Assembly (NCBI RefSeq): GCF_006345805.1
Contig: NC_043022.1
Location: 7,378,001 to 7,442,000, forward strand
From: Octopus sinensis
Taxonomy: Eukaryota
Reading direction: 5' to 3'
Length of the DNA: 64,000 nt
Shown: positions 39,498 through 52,088 of the stretch, piece after piece
Layout: each line of letters begins with the position of its first letter
Numbering within the stretch: the stretch's first letter is position 1
Notes under the pieces: model-generated
Told to the model about the DNA's origin: nothing
The model's input: only the letters and a program-made list of their open reading frames with translations
The model's database searches: none
Program-made: the position numbers and the translations under genes

Positions 39498-40347
39498 TTT
39501 CCGGGAACGCTGCCGCTGTTCTCTTTAGAGAGACTTAGTTATTTAAATATTTCTATTATGTATATATACATATATATATATATATTATATATAATATATA
39601 TATATATATATTATATATATATATATCATATAATATATATATATGTGTGTGTGTGTATATGTATATATATATATGTATATATATGTGTGTGTATATATGT
39701 GTATATATATATATGTGTGTATATATGTGTATATATATGTATGTGTATATATGTATATAATAAACATGATTCCCTTCTAGGTTACAGTCAACGAAACGTA
39801 CATAAATATACATCAATCTATTTATATATCTATCCGCGTGTTTTATACATTTATCTATCTTGTAATATATATGTCTATGTATGTGTGTGTGTGTTAATTA
39901 TCTGTATATATATATATATCATTCCTGACTGTACAAAACTACGTACATTCTGATGGCTGCAAATTGGTTAGAAAGATGCAGCCATATCACATTTATTAAA
40001 CATATTGTAGCTATTTCCCGTCAATGAAATTTAATTGCTTTGTATTCCCGAGAGAAGAGATACAACGGTGTAAGTCTCAGGCTATTGTTGCGTCTGATAT
40101 CATACACATCTATTATAAAACAATGGTTAAGTAGCTGTGTGTACTATCAATTATGTTTGTATTAGAATCTTGAAAACTATGTTAAGCTCTGGCTTTGTGG
40201 TTAAGGACATTGTGTCTCGCTGCAACACCGCGTGGATTCAGCTCGAGCACATCGTATCTAAATGCGAGCACACAACTTCTACAATCTGAAGGGGACGAGC
40301 CGCGGTAGATCCTCAAGGAAATTTGTTAAACGAGAGCTGAAGCCTAT

Positions 40348-40467
<120 letters not shown>

Positions 40468-40539
40468 TCATCTATCTATCTTTTGGTCTGTCTCTCTGGC
40501 TGTCTCTCTGTCTGACTGTAACCCTTTCTGCCACAGACA

Positions 40540-40710
40540 CAAGGCTTAAAATTTGGGGAATTACATCGACTCCAGTGTTTTATTGTTGTTTAATTTACCG
40601 AAAGGATGAAAGGCAATGTCAGCCTCGGCGGAATTGAACTCAGAAAGCGGTGACAGACGAAATACCACTAAAACATCTCGCCCGGCGTGCTAATTATTCT
40701 ACCATCTCCC
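40540..40710 (-). mobile_element. SINE family A, degenerate
   Basis: aaggatgaaaggcaatgtcagcctcggcggaattgaactcagaa. Confidence 0.8.
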
Positions 40711-40744
<34 letters not shown>

Positions 40745-40766
40745 ATGTGTGTGTGGGTGTGGGTGT

Positions 40767-41047
40767 AGGCGCAATGGCACAGTGGTTAGGGCAGCGGATT
40801 CGCGGTTGTAGGATCGCAGTTTCGATTCCCAGACCGGGCTTTGTGAGTGTTTATTGAGCGACAACACCTAAAGCTCCACGAGGCTCCGGCAGTGGGTGGT
40901 AGCGATCCCTGTTGTACTCTTTCGCTACAATTCCTGTTGGCCTGCTCGCTTAGCCAGCGGGGTGGGGTCATTTGAAGGCTAAAAGAATGCGAAGCGCATT
41001 CTGACCAGCGATGTGTTGCAACATCTGATAGCCTGGTCGGTCACGGA
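40767..41047 (+). mobile_element. SINE family C with a distinct 3' tail
   Basis: Family C head and body, then ttggcctgctcgcttagccagcgggg...gcctggtcggtcacgg. Confidence 0.85.
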
Positions 41048-41557
41048 TATATATATATATATATATCAAAGCATTAATAAATCTCTGAGCGAGACGTAAA
41101 CAGGAGCAGCACTAACTCGTGAAGTATATTTGCCACCTAAATGTGGTTGACCCATATGGGACGATGCTACTGTTGTTTTTAGCCCCAGAAAGGCATCTCC
41201 TTCAGCTGGCTAACGACACACTGTCTGTGTCTAGTCAGTATTTGCGAAGGGAAATCATCGTTCCCATCTCTAGTCTGACGTGATACATACGGACCCTGGT
41301 TTCTGTGTAGTAACCCGTCATCAACATGTGACAATCACCGGTTAAGTATGAGATGTGATTTCGCACGCAAATACACCTGTTTTATCCAGTGACAAACATG
41401 TAAGGATTGCATTGAAGAGATTTTACATATTTTAACACGTTTCTAGCGACTGAAACATGTTCTCTCAGAGAGTAACTGTTGCAAAACCTATACGAGTGAA
41501 CATGTTGAAAACAAAATAGGAATTATTGAAAGAAGTATCTATAAAACTAGTTTTTAA

Positions 41558-41779
41558 CCCTTTTGTTACCATATTTCTGTTGAGATGCTCTGTGTTTCTT
41601 TCAATCAATTTTAGATATAACAAAGAATTTTGTAAAATAACTTAGTTATCATTAAGCTAATGTTAAGAACATAAATACTGACTGAAGTTTGGTGAAAGAT
41701 TTTAATCCAAAGCTTTTGAAAACAAGACATTTATACTACAGAGCCAGAGGTAGTTTCAGCCGGGTTGGTATCAAAAGGG
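41558..41779. mobile_element. piggyBac-type MITE, 222 bp
   Basis: TTAA on both sides; TIRs CCCTTTTG(T/A)TACCA. Confidence 0.9.
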
Positions 41780-41840
41780 TTAAACATGTAATGGTTATGG
41801 GGTACACCAGGGCAAAACAGTAGTCAAAGGAGTCCATAGT

Positions 41841-41954
41841 TACAAAAAATGATTGAGATCCCCTACAAAAAATGATTGAGATCCCCTACAAAAAATGATT
41901 GAGATCCCCTACAAAAAATGATTGAGATCACCAGGATGACTGATCATCCTGGTG
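41841..41954. repeat. 23-bp tandem repeat (about 4 copies) ending in a perfect 11-bp hairpin
   Basis: tacaaaaaatgattgagatcccc repeats, then caccaggatga-ctga-tcatcctggtg. Confidence 0.95.
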
Positions 41955-42032
41955 GTGTTACATGTCTTCAAATGCAAGAAAAAGCTAAGTTTCTTTTTCT
42001 GATGTTTTACATAGTTTAACATATGTAAAGTA

Positions 42033-42260
42033 GAGGCGCAATGGCCTAGTGGTTAGGGCAGCGGACTCGCGGTCGCAGGATCGCGGTTTCGATTCTCAGA
42101 CCGGGCGTTGTGTGTGTTTATTGAGCGAAAACACCTAAAAGCTCTACGAGGCTCCGGCAGGGGTGGTGATCCCTGCTGTACTCTTTCACCACAATGGCGG
42201 TGCCCCAGCATGGCCACAGCTCAAGAGCTGAAACTGGAAAAACAAAAACAAACAAAAAAA
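42033..42260 (+). mobile_element. SINE family C with a CR1-like LINE tail
   Basis: Tail 42193-42235 matches 53920-53962 at 41 of 43 nt. Confidence 0.9.
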
Positions 42261-42875
42261 ATATTTCTAGCAACTGAAACATGTTCTCTTAGAGAGTAAC
42301 TGTTGCAAAACCTATACAAGTGAAGTTAAAAACAGAACTCGAATTTTGAAAGAAGTATCTATAAAACTAGTCGTTAAGGGTACGTGTGTCGGTGTTGTAC
42401 TCAACGGCTTGCATATTAACCTCAGCAGCATGCTGTTCCGTTGATCAGATAAACTGGAATTCTTGTCGTTGTAACCGGCAGAGTAAGTGTTGGTATCCGG
42501 TTAATAGGTTTGTCGTAAACTTAAACATCTTCTATGCTGAAACCATTAAAGAAATATGAAATATTTTTAAACGTTATAAATGCCAAAGTTCAAATAATTA
42601 ATTTTTCCAGTATGTTAATTATGTGGGTGGAATGTTAATTATAGACAGAAGTCGACAGTCCGATGGTCCTGTATATAAAGTACACACACACACACACACT
42701 CACTTACTCGCACATATACATACATATGTATATGTATACATATATATACTTATACATATGTTTATATATATATAGATAGATAGATAGATAGATATAGTTA
42801 TAGATAAATATATATATACACCCACACATTCTTTCATATACATATATGTATATATATATGTGTGTGTGTGTATGC

Positions 42876-42916
<41 letters not shown>

Positions 42917-44289
42917 TAAATATGAAAACATATAAATGTATTCATCTATCTATCAATATATATCAACATATATAAATGCTTGTTATGAATATATATAAAT
43001 AAATGCATATACATAATAAATATGCATATATGTATACGAATATAGTTATATATTTATGCATATACACCGGTATATAGTTATATAACATACCACACACACG
43101 CATGTATCTATCTGTTTATATGTATGTATGTATGTATATATGTACCTGCATATATGCATACAGGGAGACATATATATATATATATATATAATATATATAT
43201 ATAATATATATTATATATATATACATACATATATATGTGTGTATCTGTATTATATACATGTGTGTATATATATATTGACTTGATTTAGTGACGTACATAT
43301 ATTAATACTACACCAATACATACATACATATATATATATATACCACACCTACACCCCACCCCCACTCATCATTCCCGTTGCTACGTCCTAAACGAGAATC
43401 ATGTGACGAGATCCTTTACGAATATACCATCCGGCTGTTGATGTCCCATGGGTAAACCTGTGTTGAGAGATCACATATGGTTCTGAGAGTTCTGGATAAG
43501 ATTCTGACTGGAGCCGGCATCAGGATTTTGGTGCTTAGTGCTTTGTACGTATTTAGTGTGTTTTTGTCGTCGTCGTAGTGGTAGTTATAGTTGTTGTTGT
43601 TGTTCTTGTGTTTATTGGCATTTTGTATTTTGCGAATTGGTATTAATTTTTTGATTTTTAATGAAATATATTTCCTTGTTTTGATGTAATATGTTCTTGC
43701 TTTATTCTTGTTGATTTTACAAAAGCAACAACAATATTATTTTTAAAAAATATTTTAAAATTTGTAATAATTTTTTAATTGTAATTTAGCCCCAGAAGGC
43801 ATCGTCTCCGGCTGGCTATACGACACGATCCTGGGGCTAAATTACAGCAACAATCGTCCTAAACCAGGACTGCCATGTTATGTTGGTAAACAATCTTTAC
43901 TACAAAGTACTGTTGCTGGATATCTCACGTTGTGAGATTTGAAAATAGTCATTTTCATGATCATAATCATCATAATTTTGTTCGCGTCTGGGGAGGGTCA
44001 TATTGTCTTAATGCCTTATTATCTAACACACGCACCGGTGCTATTTCTACTCATTTATTATTTATATTTTTCTCTTCTTCCAAAATTTTCGTTACTCATG
44101 AAATTTTGTCAATGAAAACCTCCATTGACAAGGTTGCAAAATCAAGGAAAATCTTGGAAGAAAACATAAATAATCAACGAGTGGAAATCGAACCCGTGAG
44201 TGTGTTAGATAATAAGGCATTAAGACAATATGACCCTCCCCCTCCAGACACAACTCAATTTGCTTCAACATACGAATTCACATAAAGAA

Positions 44290-44980
44290 TCTTGCAAACC
44301 AGATACAATAACGAAATCATCAGGTTCATCATCATCATCATAACCCTCATCGACACCGCCATCAGCACCAACAATTTTGTGGTCGACATCGCCATCCTGG
44401 TTGTGTCGGCATTGTCATTTTACTCAATATCATCTTCATCATCATCGCACGGTCATCGTCATCACTTTGATCACAGTATAGCTATGGTGTAAAAAGAAAA
44501 CATCATCACCAGCTTTGCTATCTTCCCCACCCCATTCCCACCCAAAATAGCTGAAATTGTGCCAACCACGAGCAAGGCCAGGACCGATGACACAACAGAG
44601 CTTGTTCGACCCGGGCTAAATTCTACCACCACCGCCACCACTGTCACTACCACCACCACCACCACCGCTAAAATCAACACTAAAACCACCAATACGACGA
44701 CGACGACCACCACCACTACCACCAAAACCACCACCATCACCACCACTACGACCACCACCAACACCGCCACTACGGCGACTACGACGACGACGACGACCAC
44801 CACCACCACCACCAAACTTTCTTTACAGTATACCACTGAAATTTCTAACACCATCGTCACCATTTCAACTCTTATTGGAACCAGGAACATTATCGACATC
44901 ATTAATATATAAAAATTATGGCAGAAGAGAACAGTAACATCATTATTCACATCACCGCCACCATCGCCATCATCCGCGGC
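44290..44980. repeat. CAT/CAC/ACG low-complexity region
   Basis: Directly visible; the Thr-rich ORF is repeat-derived. Confidence 0.85.
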
Positions 44981-45153
44981 AATAAAAGACGATGGAATCT
45001 ATTCCACCATTTCCCGATACAGACTCCATCATTGACCCATAGTTGGAATAAATTTGGAAGCAATTAGTCGCGGTTTGGAAAATTGTTATGATATATTATA
45101 AATCTAAAGTTAATTAGCGATCTATAGCCACTTGTGAACATTTGGGCGTGCTG

Positions 45154-45205
<52 letters not shown>

Positions 45206-45862
45206 ACACATAAATATATACATACATACATGCATATATATGTATACATACATACACATATATATAAATATACATATATATATATTTAAATATATATGCA
45301 TACATACATATATGTACATATATATATACGTATATATATATATGTATATATATGTATATATATATACGTATATATATGTATGTATCTATGTATATATATA
45401 TATTTATATATACATATCTATGTATATAAATATGTTTATGTGTATGCATGTATGTATATGTATATATATATATTACATCTGTGCGTGTGTGTGTGCATGT
45501 ATGTCTATATGGATGTATGTGTTTTGATGTATATATATATTATATATATATACATATATATATATATATAAATATCTGTATGTATATAATATATACGCAT
45601 GCTCAAACTTTCACAAGTATATATATGTGTATGTGTGTGTGTATAGTAAAGTTTGTGTTTATTTATAGGTACTACTCAAAACTGCTTAGATATGGGACCA
45701 ATGAGGCAAGAGTATAAAAACATGTTCATGAAAATTTCAGTTATGTCCAACAATTTAAATAAACATATATTCTACCATAGATCAATACATATCAGTCTTC
45801 AAAAGTATACCAATGTATCGGTCATTAAAATATTAAGACGTATTAAAAATATCACGAATGAT

Positions 45863-46250
45863 AGGCGCAGGAGTGGCTGTGTGGCAAGTACCGTGCTTAC
45901 CAACCACATGGTTGCGGGTTTAGTCCCATTGCTTGGCACCTCGGGCAGGTGTCTTTTACTAGAGCCGCGGGCCGACAAAAAGCCTTGTGAGTGGATTTGG
46001 TAGTCGGAAACTGTAAGAAGCCAGTCGATTGTACATATGTGTTTGTGGGTCTGTGTTTTTCTCCCTCTCCATCGCTTGACAACCGATGCTGGTGTGTTTA
46101 TATCCCCGTAACTTAGCGTTTCCGATAAAAAACCGATAGAATAAATACTAGGTTTACAAAGAATAAATCCTGGGCTCAATTCATTGGATTAAAGGGAGTG
46201 CTCCAGCATGGCTGCAGTCAAATGAATGAAACAAATACAAGAATAGAAGA
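45863..46250 (+). mobile_element. SINE family B
   Basis: Head and tail match 29284-29783. Confidence 0.9.
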
Positions 46251-46489
46251 ATGAAAGAACACAAATATATAAGAATTACATATACATATATAAAACAGAT
46301 GCCTGTAAATAGGCTAAAACGGCGTTGTAAAAATTATTAAGAATCACGGTATGCCTTTACAAAAAGGTGAATAAGGTAAATTCTTCTGAATAAAAGAACA
46401 TCATAGCGTTGAGGCTGGAATATTTATAAAAGAACTTTTTAAATAAACCGAGAGAATAAGTAATGTTGTTCAGGTAAAATGTTGATAAT

Positions 46490-46915
46490 CCTCTTACGGC
46501 CGTAATCGACTTTGTCATCTTTATGTTTAGCCCCTTGTGGGTAATAAAGAAACAGGTTTTTGGGCTGCCGCTACGTTCTGAGTTCAAATTCCGCCATGGT
46601 CGACTTTGCCTTTTATCCTTTCGGGGTCGATTAAATAAGTACCAGTTACGCACTGGGGTCGGCATAATCGACTTAATCCGTTTGTCTGTCCTTGTTTGTC
46701 CTCTCTGTGTTTAGCCCCTTGTGGATAGTAAAGAAATAGAAATAGGTATTTCGTCAGTCTTTACGTTCTGAGTTCAAATTCTGCCGAGGTCGAATTTGCC
46801 TTTCATCGTTTCGGGGTTGATAAATTAAGTACCGGTTACGCACTGTGGTCGATCTAATCGACTGGACCCTCCCCCCTGCCAAATTTCGGGCCTTGTGCTT
46901 AGAGTAGAAAAGAAT
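46490..46915 (+). mobile_element. SINE family A dimer
   Basis: Two units joined at gtaaagaaatagaaataggtatttcgtc; tail tttcgggccttgtgcttagagtagaaaaga. Confidence 0.9.
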
Positions 46916-47108
46916 AGACAAAGCTATAAGGAGAATATAAAGATAGAAATGATGGAGTAAAATGATGAATTTTATTTAAAAATAAACATTGAAAAATCTC
47001 CACAAATTTGTCTGATGACTACGGAAAGAAATCTGAAGCAATTTTTTGACGTTAAATAAAGTTCAACATAATATTTCTCCACCATATATAAATATATATA
47101 TATATATA

Positions 47109-47500
47109 CTAGCAGTATCGCCCGGCGTTGCTCGGGTTTGTAAGGGAAATAACTATATAAGCATTTTTAGAGATGTAAAGTATAATAGCCATCTCAATAT
47201 GGCTAACCACAAAGGGGGGGTGTTACTGTAGCTTTTTACGTTCTGAGATTTAATAATAAATTTTTAGAGAGTTACTTCCCTTATATATGCCAAAACTGCA
47301 TTAAAAATGGGAAAATTTGATGGTAAATTTTTTTTTTCTCGTAGACTCATCGTAGACGCGCGCTAATACCCAGAAGGCTCGATAGAATCACAACTATAAG
47401 ATACCCGGTTTTGGTTAAACTGCACCGCAAAATGTGGGAGTAGTTAGGAATCTAAATCGTAGGAGACAGACAGCACACAACCTCACTTTTATATATAAGA
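47109..47500 (-). mobile_element. Non-autonomous Helitron
   Basis: Minus strand A|TC...CTAG|T termini with subterminal hairpin cccgagcaacgccggg (47121-47136). Confidence 0.85.
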
Positions 47501-47601
47501 TATATATATATATATATATTATGTGTGTGTGTTGTGTGTGTGTGTGTGGTGGTGTGTGTGTGGTGTGTGTGGTGTCGTTGTTCTTGTGACACTCTTCGTT
47601 C

Positions 47602-48256
47602 ATTAATGACCGAGGGATTGCACCTAGAAAGTTACCCTCCTAGGCACAAGTCTGGGCAAGGTTGTTTATGGAAGACCAGCAGTCGCCCATGCACACCAGC
47701 CTCCCCTCTCCACGCCACCGATGTTACCCAAGGGAAAGGTAAAGGCTGATACAGCTTGGCACCAGTGACGTCGCAGCTCATTTATTAACGTGCAACTGGC
47801 TGAGCACTCCACAGACACATGTACTCTTAACGGAGTTCTTAGGAAGATTCAGCGTGACACAGAATGTGACAAGGCTGGCACTTTGAAATAGAGGTACAAC
47901 AGAAACAGGAAGGAGTGAGAGAAAGTTGTGGTGAAAGATTACAGCAGGGTTCGCCACAACCCACTGCCGGAGCCTCACGAAATCTCAGAGGCACAAGTCC
48001 GGGCAATGTTGTTTCTGGAAGACCAGCAGTCGCCCATGCATACCGGTCTCCACTTCCACGCCACCAGTGTTATCAAGGGAAAGGGAAAGGGGCCGATAGA
48101 GATTGGCACCTGTGACGTCGCAACTCATTTCTACAGCTGAGTGAACTAGAGCAACGTGAAATAAAGTGCCTTGCTCAAGAACACAACACGCAGCCCGGTC
48201 CGGGATTCGAACTCACAACCTCGCGATCGTAAGCTCGTGCTCTAACCACTGAGCTA
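47602..48256 (-). mobile_element. Nested SINE D - SINE C - SINE D fragments
   Basis: D fragments at 47602-47780 and 47985-48256; C fragment at 47785-47970. Confidence 0.85.
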
Positions 48257-48424
48257 TATGTGTGTACGAGAGTAGATTGAGTGTGAATTTCAGCCTTTAC
48301 TTATGCTCACATGTGGGCACACACATACACAGATATTTCATTTTTACCAATACACATCCATATTGAAATAGTCTCTTTGTATTTTTCTCTCCTTTCTTCT
48401 CTCCCCTTGTTTTTTTCTGTGTCC

Positions 48425-48460
48425 CTTTCTGTAGAAGAGCGTAGGTTCGAAACGTAAAAG
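48425..48460 (+). ncRNA. Degenerate hammerhead-like motif
   Basis: CTTT-CTGTAGA-A-GAGC-GTAG-GTTC-GAA-ACGT-A-AAAG; A6 is replaced by T. Confidence 0.55.
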
Positions 48461-48989
48461 ACTTTTTCTATTCCTGAGCCTAATACTAATACATTTATAC
48501 TAATATATCTGTTTGTTTTGTACATCACCTGTCTTCGTCTTTTGTTTTTTTCGTAAACTCTCCCTTGAAATAAAGGAAGCTCGTTATAGGAAACGCGGAG
48601 AACGAGAGAGAGATGGTGACACTAAGAAAGAAACCGCTTGCGAGAGTGACAGAGAGGGAGAGAGAGGTTTGAAACGGAGATAAAAGATCTATAAAGAGAG
48701 AATAAATATGGCCGTTTACTGGACTTATTACAATGGACTATGCAGACTACATCGTAATACATACATCCATATATATAAATGCCGTTTTTGTCCGTGTTAT
48801 TGAATGTTTCGTATTTCTTATTTCCTTCTAAGTAACAAATAAAGCTTTATGTAGTGAGGGGAAATTAGAATAAGAAACATACTTGCATGGACATGCTTCG
48901 CATCACATACACGTGCTTGCATACATGCGCATGCGAAAGTGTGCGCGTGTGTGTCTGAAATGCGTCTGAAAGCATTACGTCAGTATACA

Positions 48990-48991
48990 TA

Positions 48992-49046
<55 letters not shown>

Positions 49047-49157
49047 CATATGCACCTCTAAATATAGGAATGCTTACATATATGGATTACTTGGAAACAT
49101 ATTTATATATATATATATATATATACATACACACAGAAATATATATAATATCTAATG

Positions 49158-49189
<32 letters not shown>

Positions 49190-49224
49190 ATCTATCTATC
49201 TATCTATCTCTATATATATATATA

Positions 49225-49256
<32 letters not shown>

Positions 49257-49423
49257 TTATGAATGTATGTATATGCTCCTTCTAAATATATGAATGCTTA
49301 CGTATATGGATTACTTGGATATATATATATATATATATATATAATATACACCATACAAAGATATATACACACACATACATATATATATATAATATATATT
49401 ATATATATATATAGATATATATT

Positions 49424-49466
<43 letters not shown>

Positions 49467-50063
49467 GTATATAATCCAGATATATATAAAGAACAGTGAA
49501 TTAGTGAAGGCAGATAAATTATAGCGAATGGCGTATTTGCTGAATCATCAGTTAATTGCAGACAATCTCACTTGTGAAGTATGTATTCCAAACTCATTTC
49601 CTGCCTAATTCGTTCCAGCGAGTAAACTATTTCATAGCCTATCTAAACCGGCGTAATCCTTTGAGCTTTTCTTATAAGTACAAAATTACAATAGCTGGTT
49701 CTGTTTCCGAAGCCTTCGTTCTGTGGATCAATATGGATGCTAGTGTGTTGTGCGTAATTGCGTCTGTCTTTGCGTTTTGTGAGCTCTTATGAATGGATTT
49801 GTGTCTGTATATATGGCGTTATGTGTCGTTGTGCTGTCTTCAGTGGTTATGGTTGCGTGTAAGGTTGTTTGTATGTTAATGTGAATATGTATTCGTAAGA
49901 TGAAGATGAAGAGACAGAAATGTGGAGAGAGAGAGAGAGAGAGAGGGAGAGAGAATGAGGTAATGGGTAAAAGGAAGGAGATGTTTCAATAAGATTTACG
50001 CAGATACCTGTGAATGTATGTAATATATCTATCTTTCTATCTATCTATCTATCTCTCTCAGTG

Positions 50064-50112
<49 letters not shown>

Positions 50113-50359
50113 ATGTATGTATGTATGTATCCTGATATATATATAAATTTATCTATCTATTTATTATATATATATGTATATATATGCACGTAGATATACG
50201 AAGACATATATCTGTATGTATCTATATATATACAGGTATATATATGGGGATATATATATCTATATGTGTATATATGTATATATACATGTATATATAAAGA
50301 AAATGTATATGTACATATATACATATACATACATTATTGTATATATGTATATATACATT

Positions 50360-50408
<49 letters not shown>

Positions 50409-50459
50409 TATTGTGTATGTATATGTTAATATGTATATATATATTATATATATATATAT

Positions 50460-50503
<44 letters not shown>

Positions 50504-50510
50504 TATATGT
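48990..50510. repeat. (AT)/(ATCT)/(AG) microsatellite blocks around unique spacers
   Basis: Directly visible; ~65-bp duplication at ~49040 and ~49263. Confidence 0.85.
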
Positions 50511-51084
50511 ACACTCCACACACAGTCTCACTCCAACATAAGCGTATGTGTATCACTTGAATACACACACATTCCGCATGCACACACTTATATATATATC
50601 TTAGATCTTAATAGTTTCATATAACATCATCAATCGTCAGCAAATGTGAAATACAATAGCTTGAAGAAAGTTGATCAAACACATTGAAAAATATCTGGAA
50701 TGTGGTCGATGGCAGGGTTATTCCACTTTGGTGGTTCCTTGGAATGTTGGTCACTTTACGTAATAGTCAGAAATTCATAATTATTGGAAGACATTAGTAT
50801 CCTTTCATATCTGATATTTATGTCGGAGATATTTCGTGCGTACAAAAGAGTGCTCAACTAGGGCTTCGTGTACGTACGCAGAAGTACGAGGGAAAGTCAA
50901 AAATTATACGCACTCTTGTTTTTGCAATGTAGGCGTAGGAGTGGCTGTGTGGTTAACTAACCAGAAACCGGGGTCTGTGTGTATCATGTAAGGCTAGAGA
51001 TGTGTGCGATGACCTCCCCTCCCCGTGTTGGAAGAGATATCTTCCTCTATGGGACCGCTACGTTTATTTGGCAAATATGTATTC

Positions 51085-51270
51085 TCTTTTACTCTTTTAC
51101 TTGTTTCAGTCATTTGATTGTTGCCATGCTGGAGCACCTACTTTAGTCGAGCAAATCGGCCCCAGGACTTATTCTTTGTAAGCCTAATGCTTATTCCATC
51201 GGTTTCTTTTGCCGAACCGCTAAGTTACGGAGGTGTAAACACACAAGAATCGGCTGTCAAACATATTTGT
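51085..51270 (-). mobile_element. SINE family B, 3' fragment
   Basis: ctcttttactcttttacttgtttcagtcatttga...gctggagcacc. Confidence 0.9.
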
Positions 51271-51954
51271 GTGTACGAGCGTGTTTGCACCAACACCTAC
51301 ACCACCAACAACACCACCACCACTACCACTCTCAGAGCCCTTTCGAAATGGCAATCACTTCCTCAATTTCCAGGAAATCCTGCTACAATAATCGGAACCA
51401 GTGTGTGTGTGTGAGTTTTAGAACAGAGATTCTCAAACTATTTGGGCCACAACCCTCCTCATGGCCACATAATATCTCAGCGCCCCACCCCTATTTTTCA
51501 TGTATAAATAAAACTTTTATGGCTCGCTAATTTATATATACTATGAATCATTTGATATTTAATATATCATAAATTCATAAGCGTCCCCCAATCCACTGCC
51601 TATCTCACAATGCCTTCCTTTTTCTCTACCGCCCCTTTAGACACCAGCAACTACCTGGACCCACTCAATGCCCACTGGTGGATGGAGAGCGGTAGCGCCC
51701 ACTTTGAGAACCAATGGTTCAGAACAATGTTTGTTTGTATATGGTTATTATAAGAAGGGTTTTACATTAAACTGAAGATTTACTCAAAACCTTTTGCAGA
51801 GTATATATTTGTTAAACCTATCCAAGAAAAGTGGTGATAGTGACTCCGAAGTTTTGGCCTACGAGAATTTATAAGAACGATACTGATGCTTTTATCTATC
51901 GTTTTACATCCATTCATATATTATACGTACGTACATACATACATACATACACAC

Positions 51955-51986
<32 letters not shown>

Positions 51987-52021
51987 GTATATATATATTA
52001 TGTATATATAATATATATATG

Positions 52022-52088
<67 letters not shown>

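Noticed and set aside
50885-50935. Complete mariner element starting tacgagggaaagtcaaaa
   Set aside because: Only a TIR-like stub cut off by a SINE B head; no partner end or coding sequence
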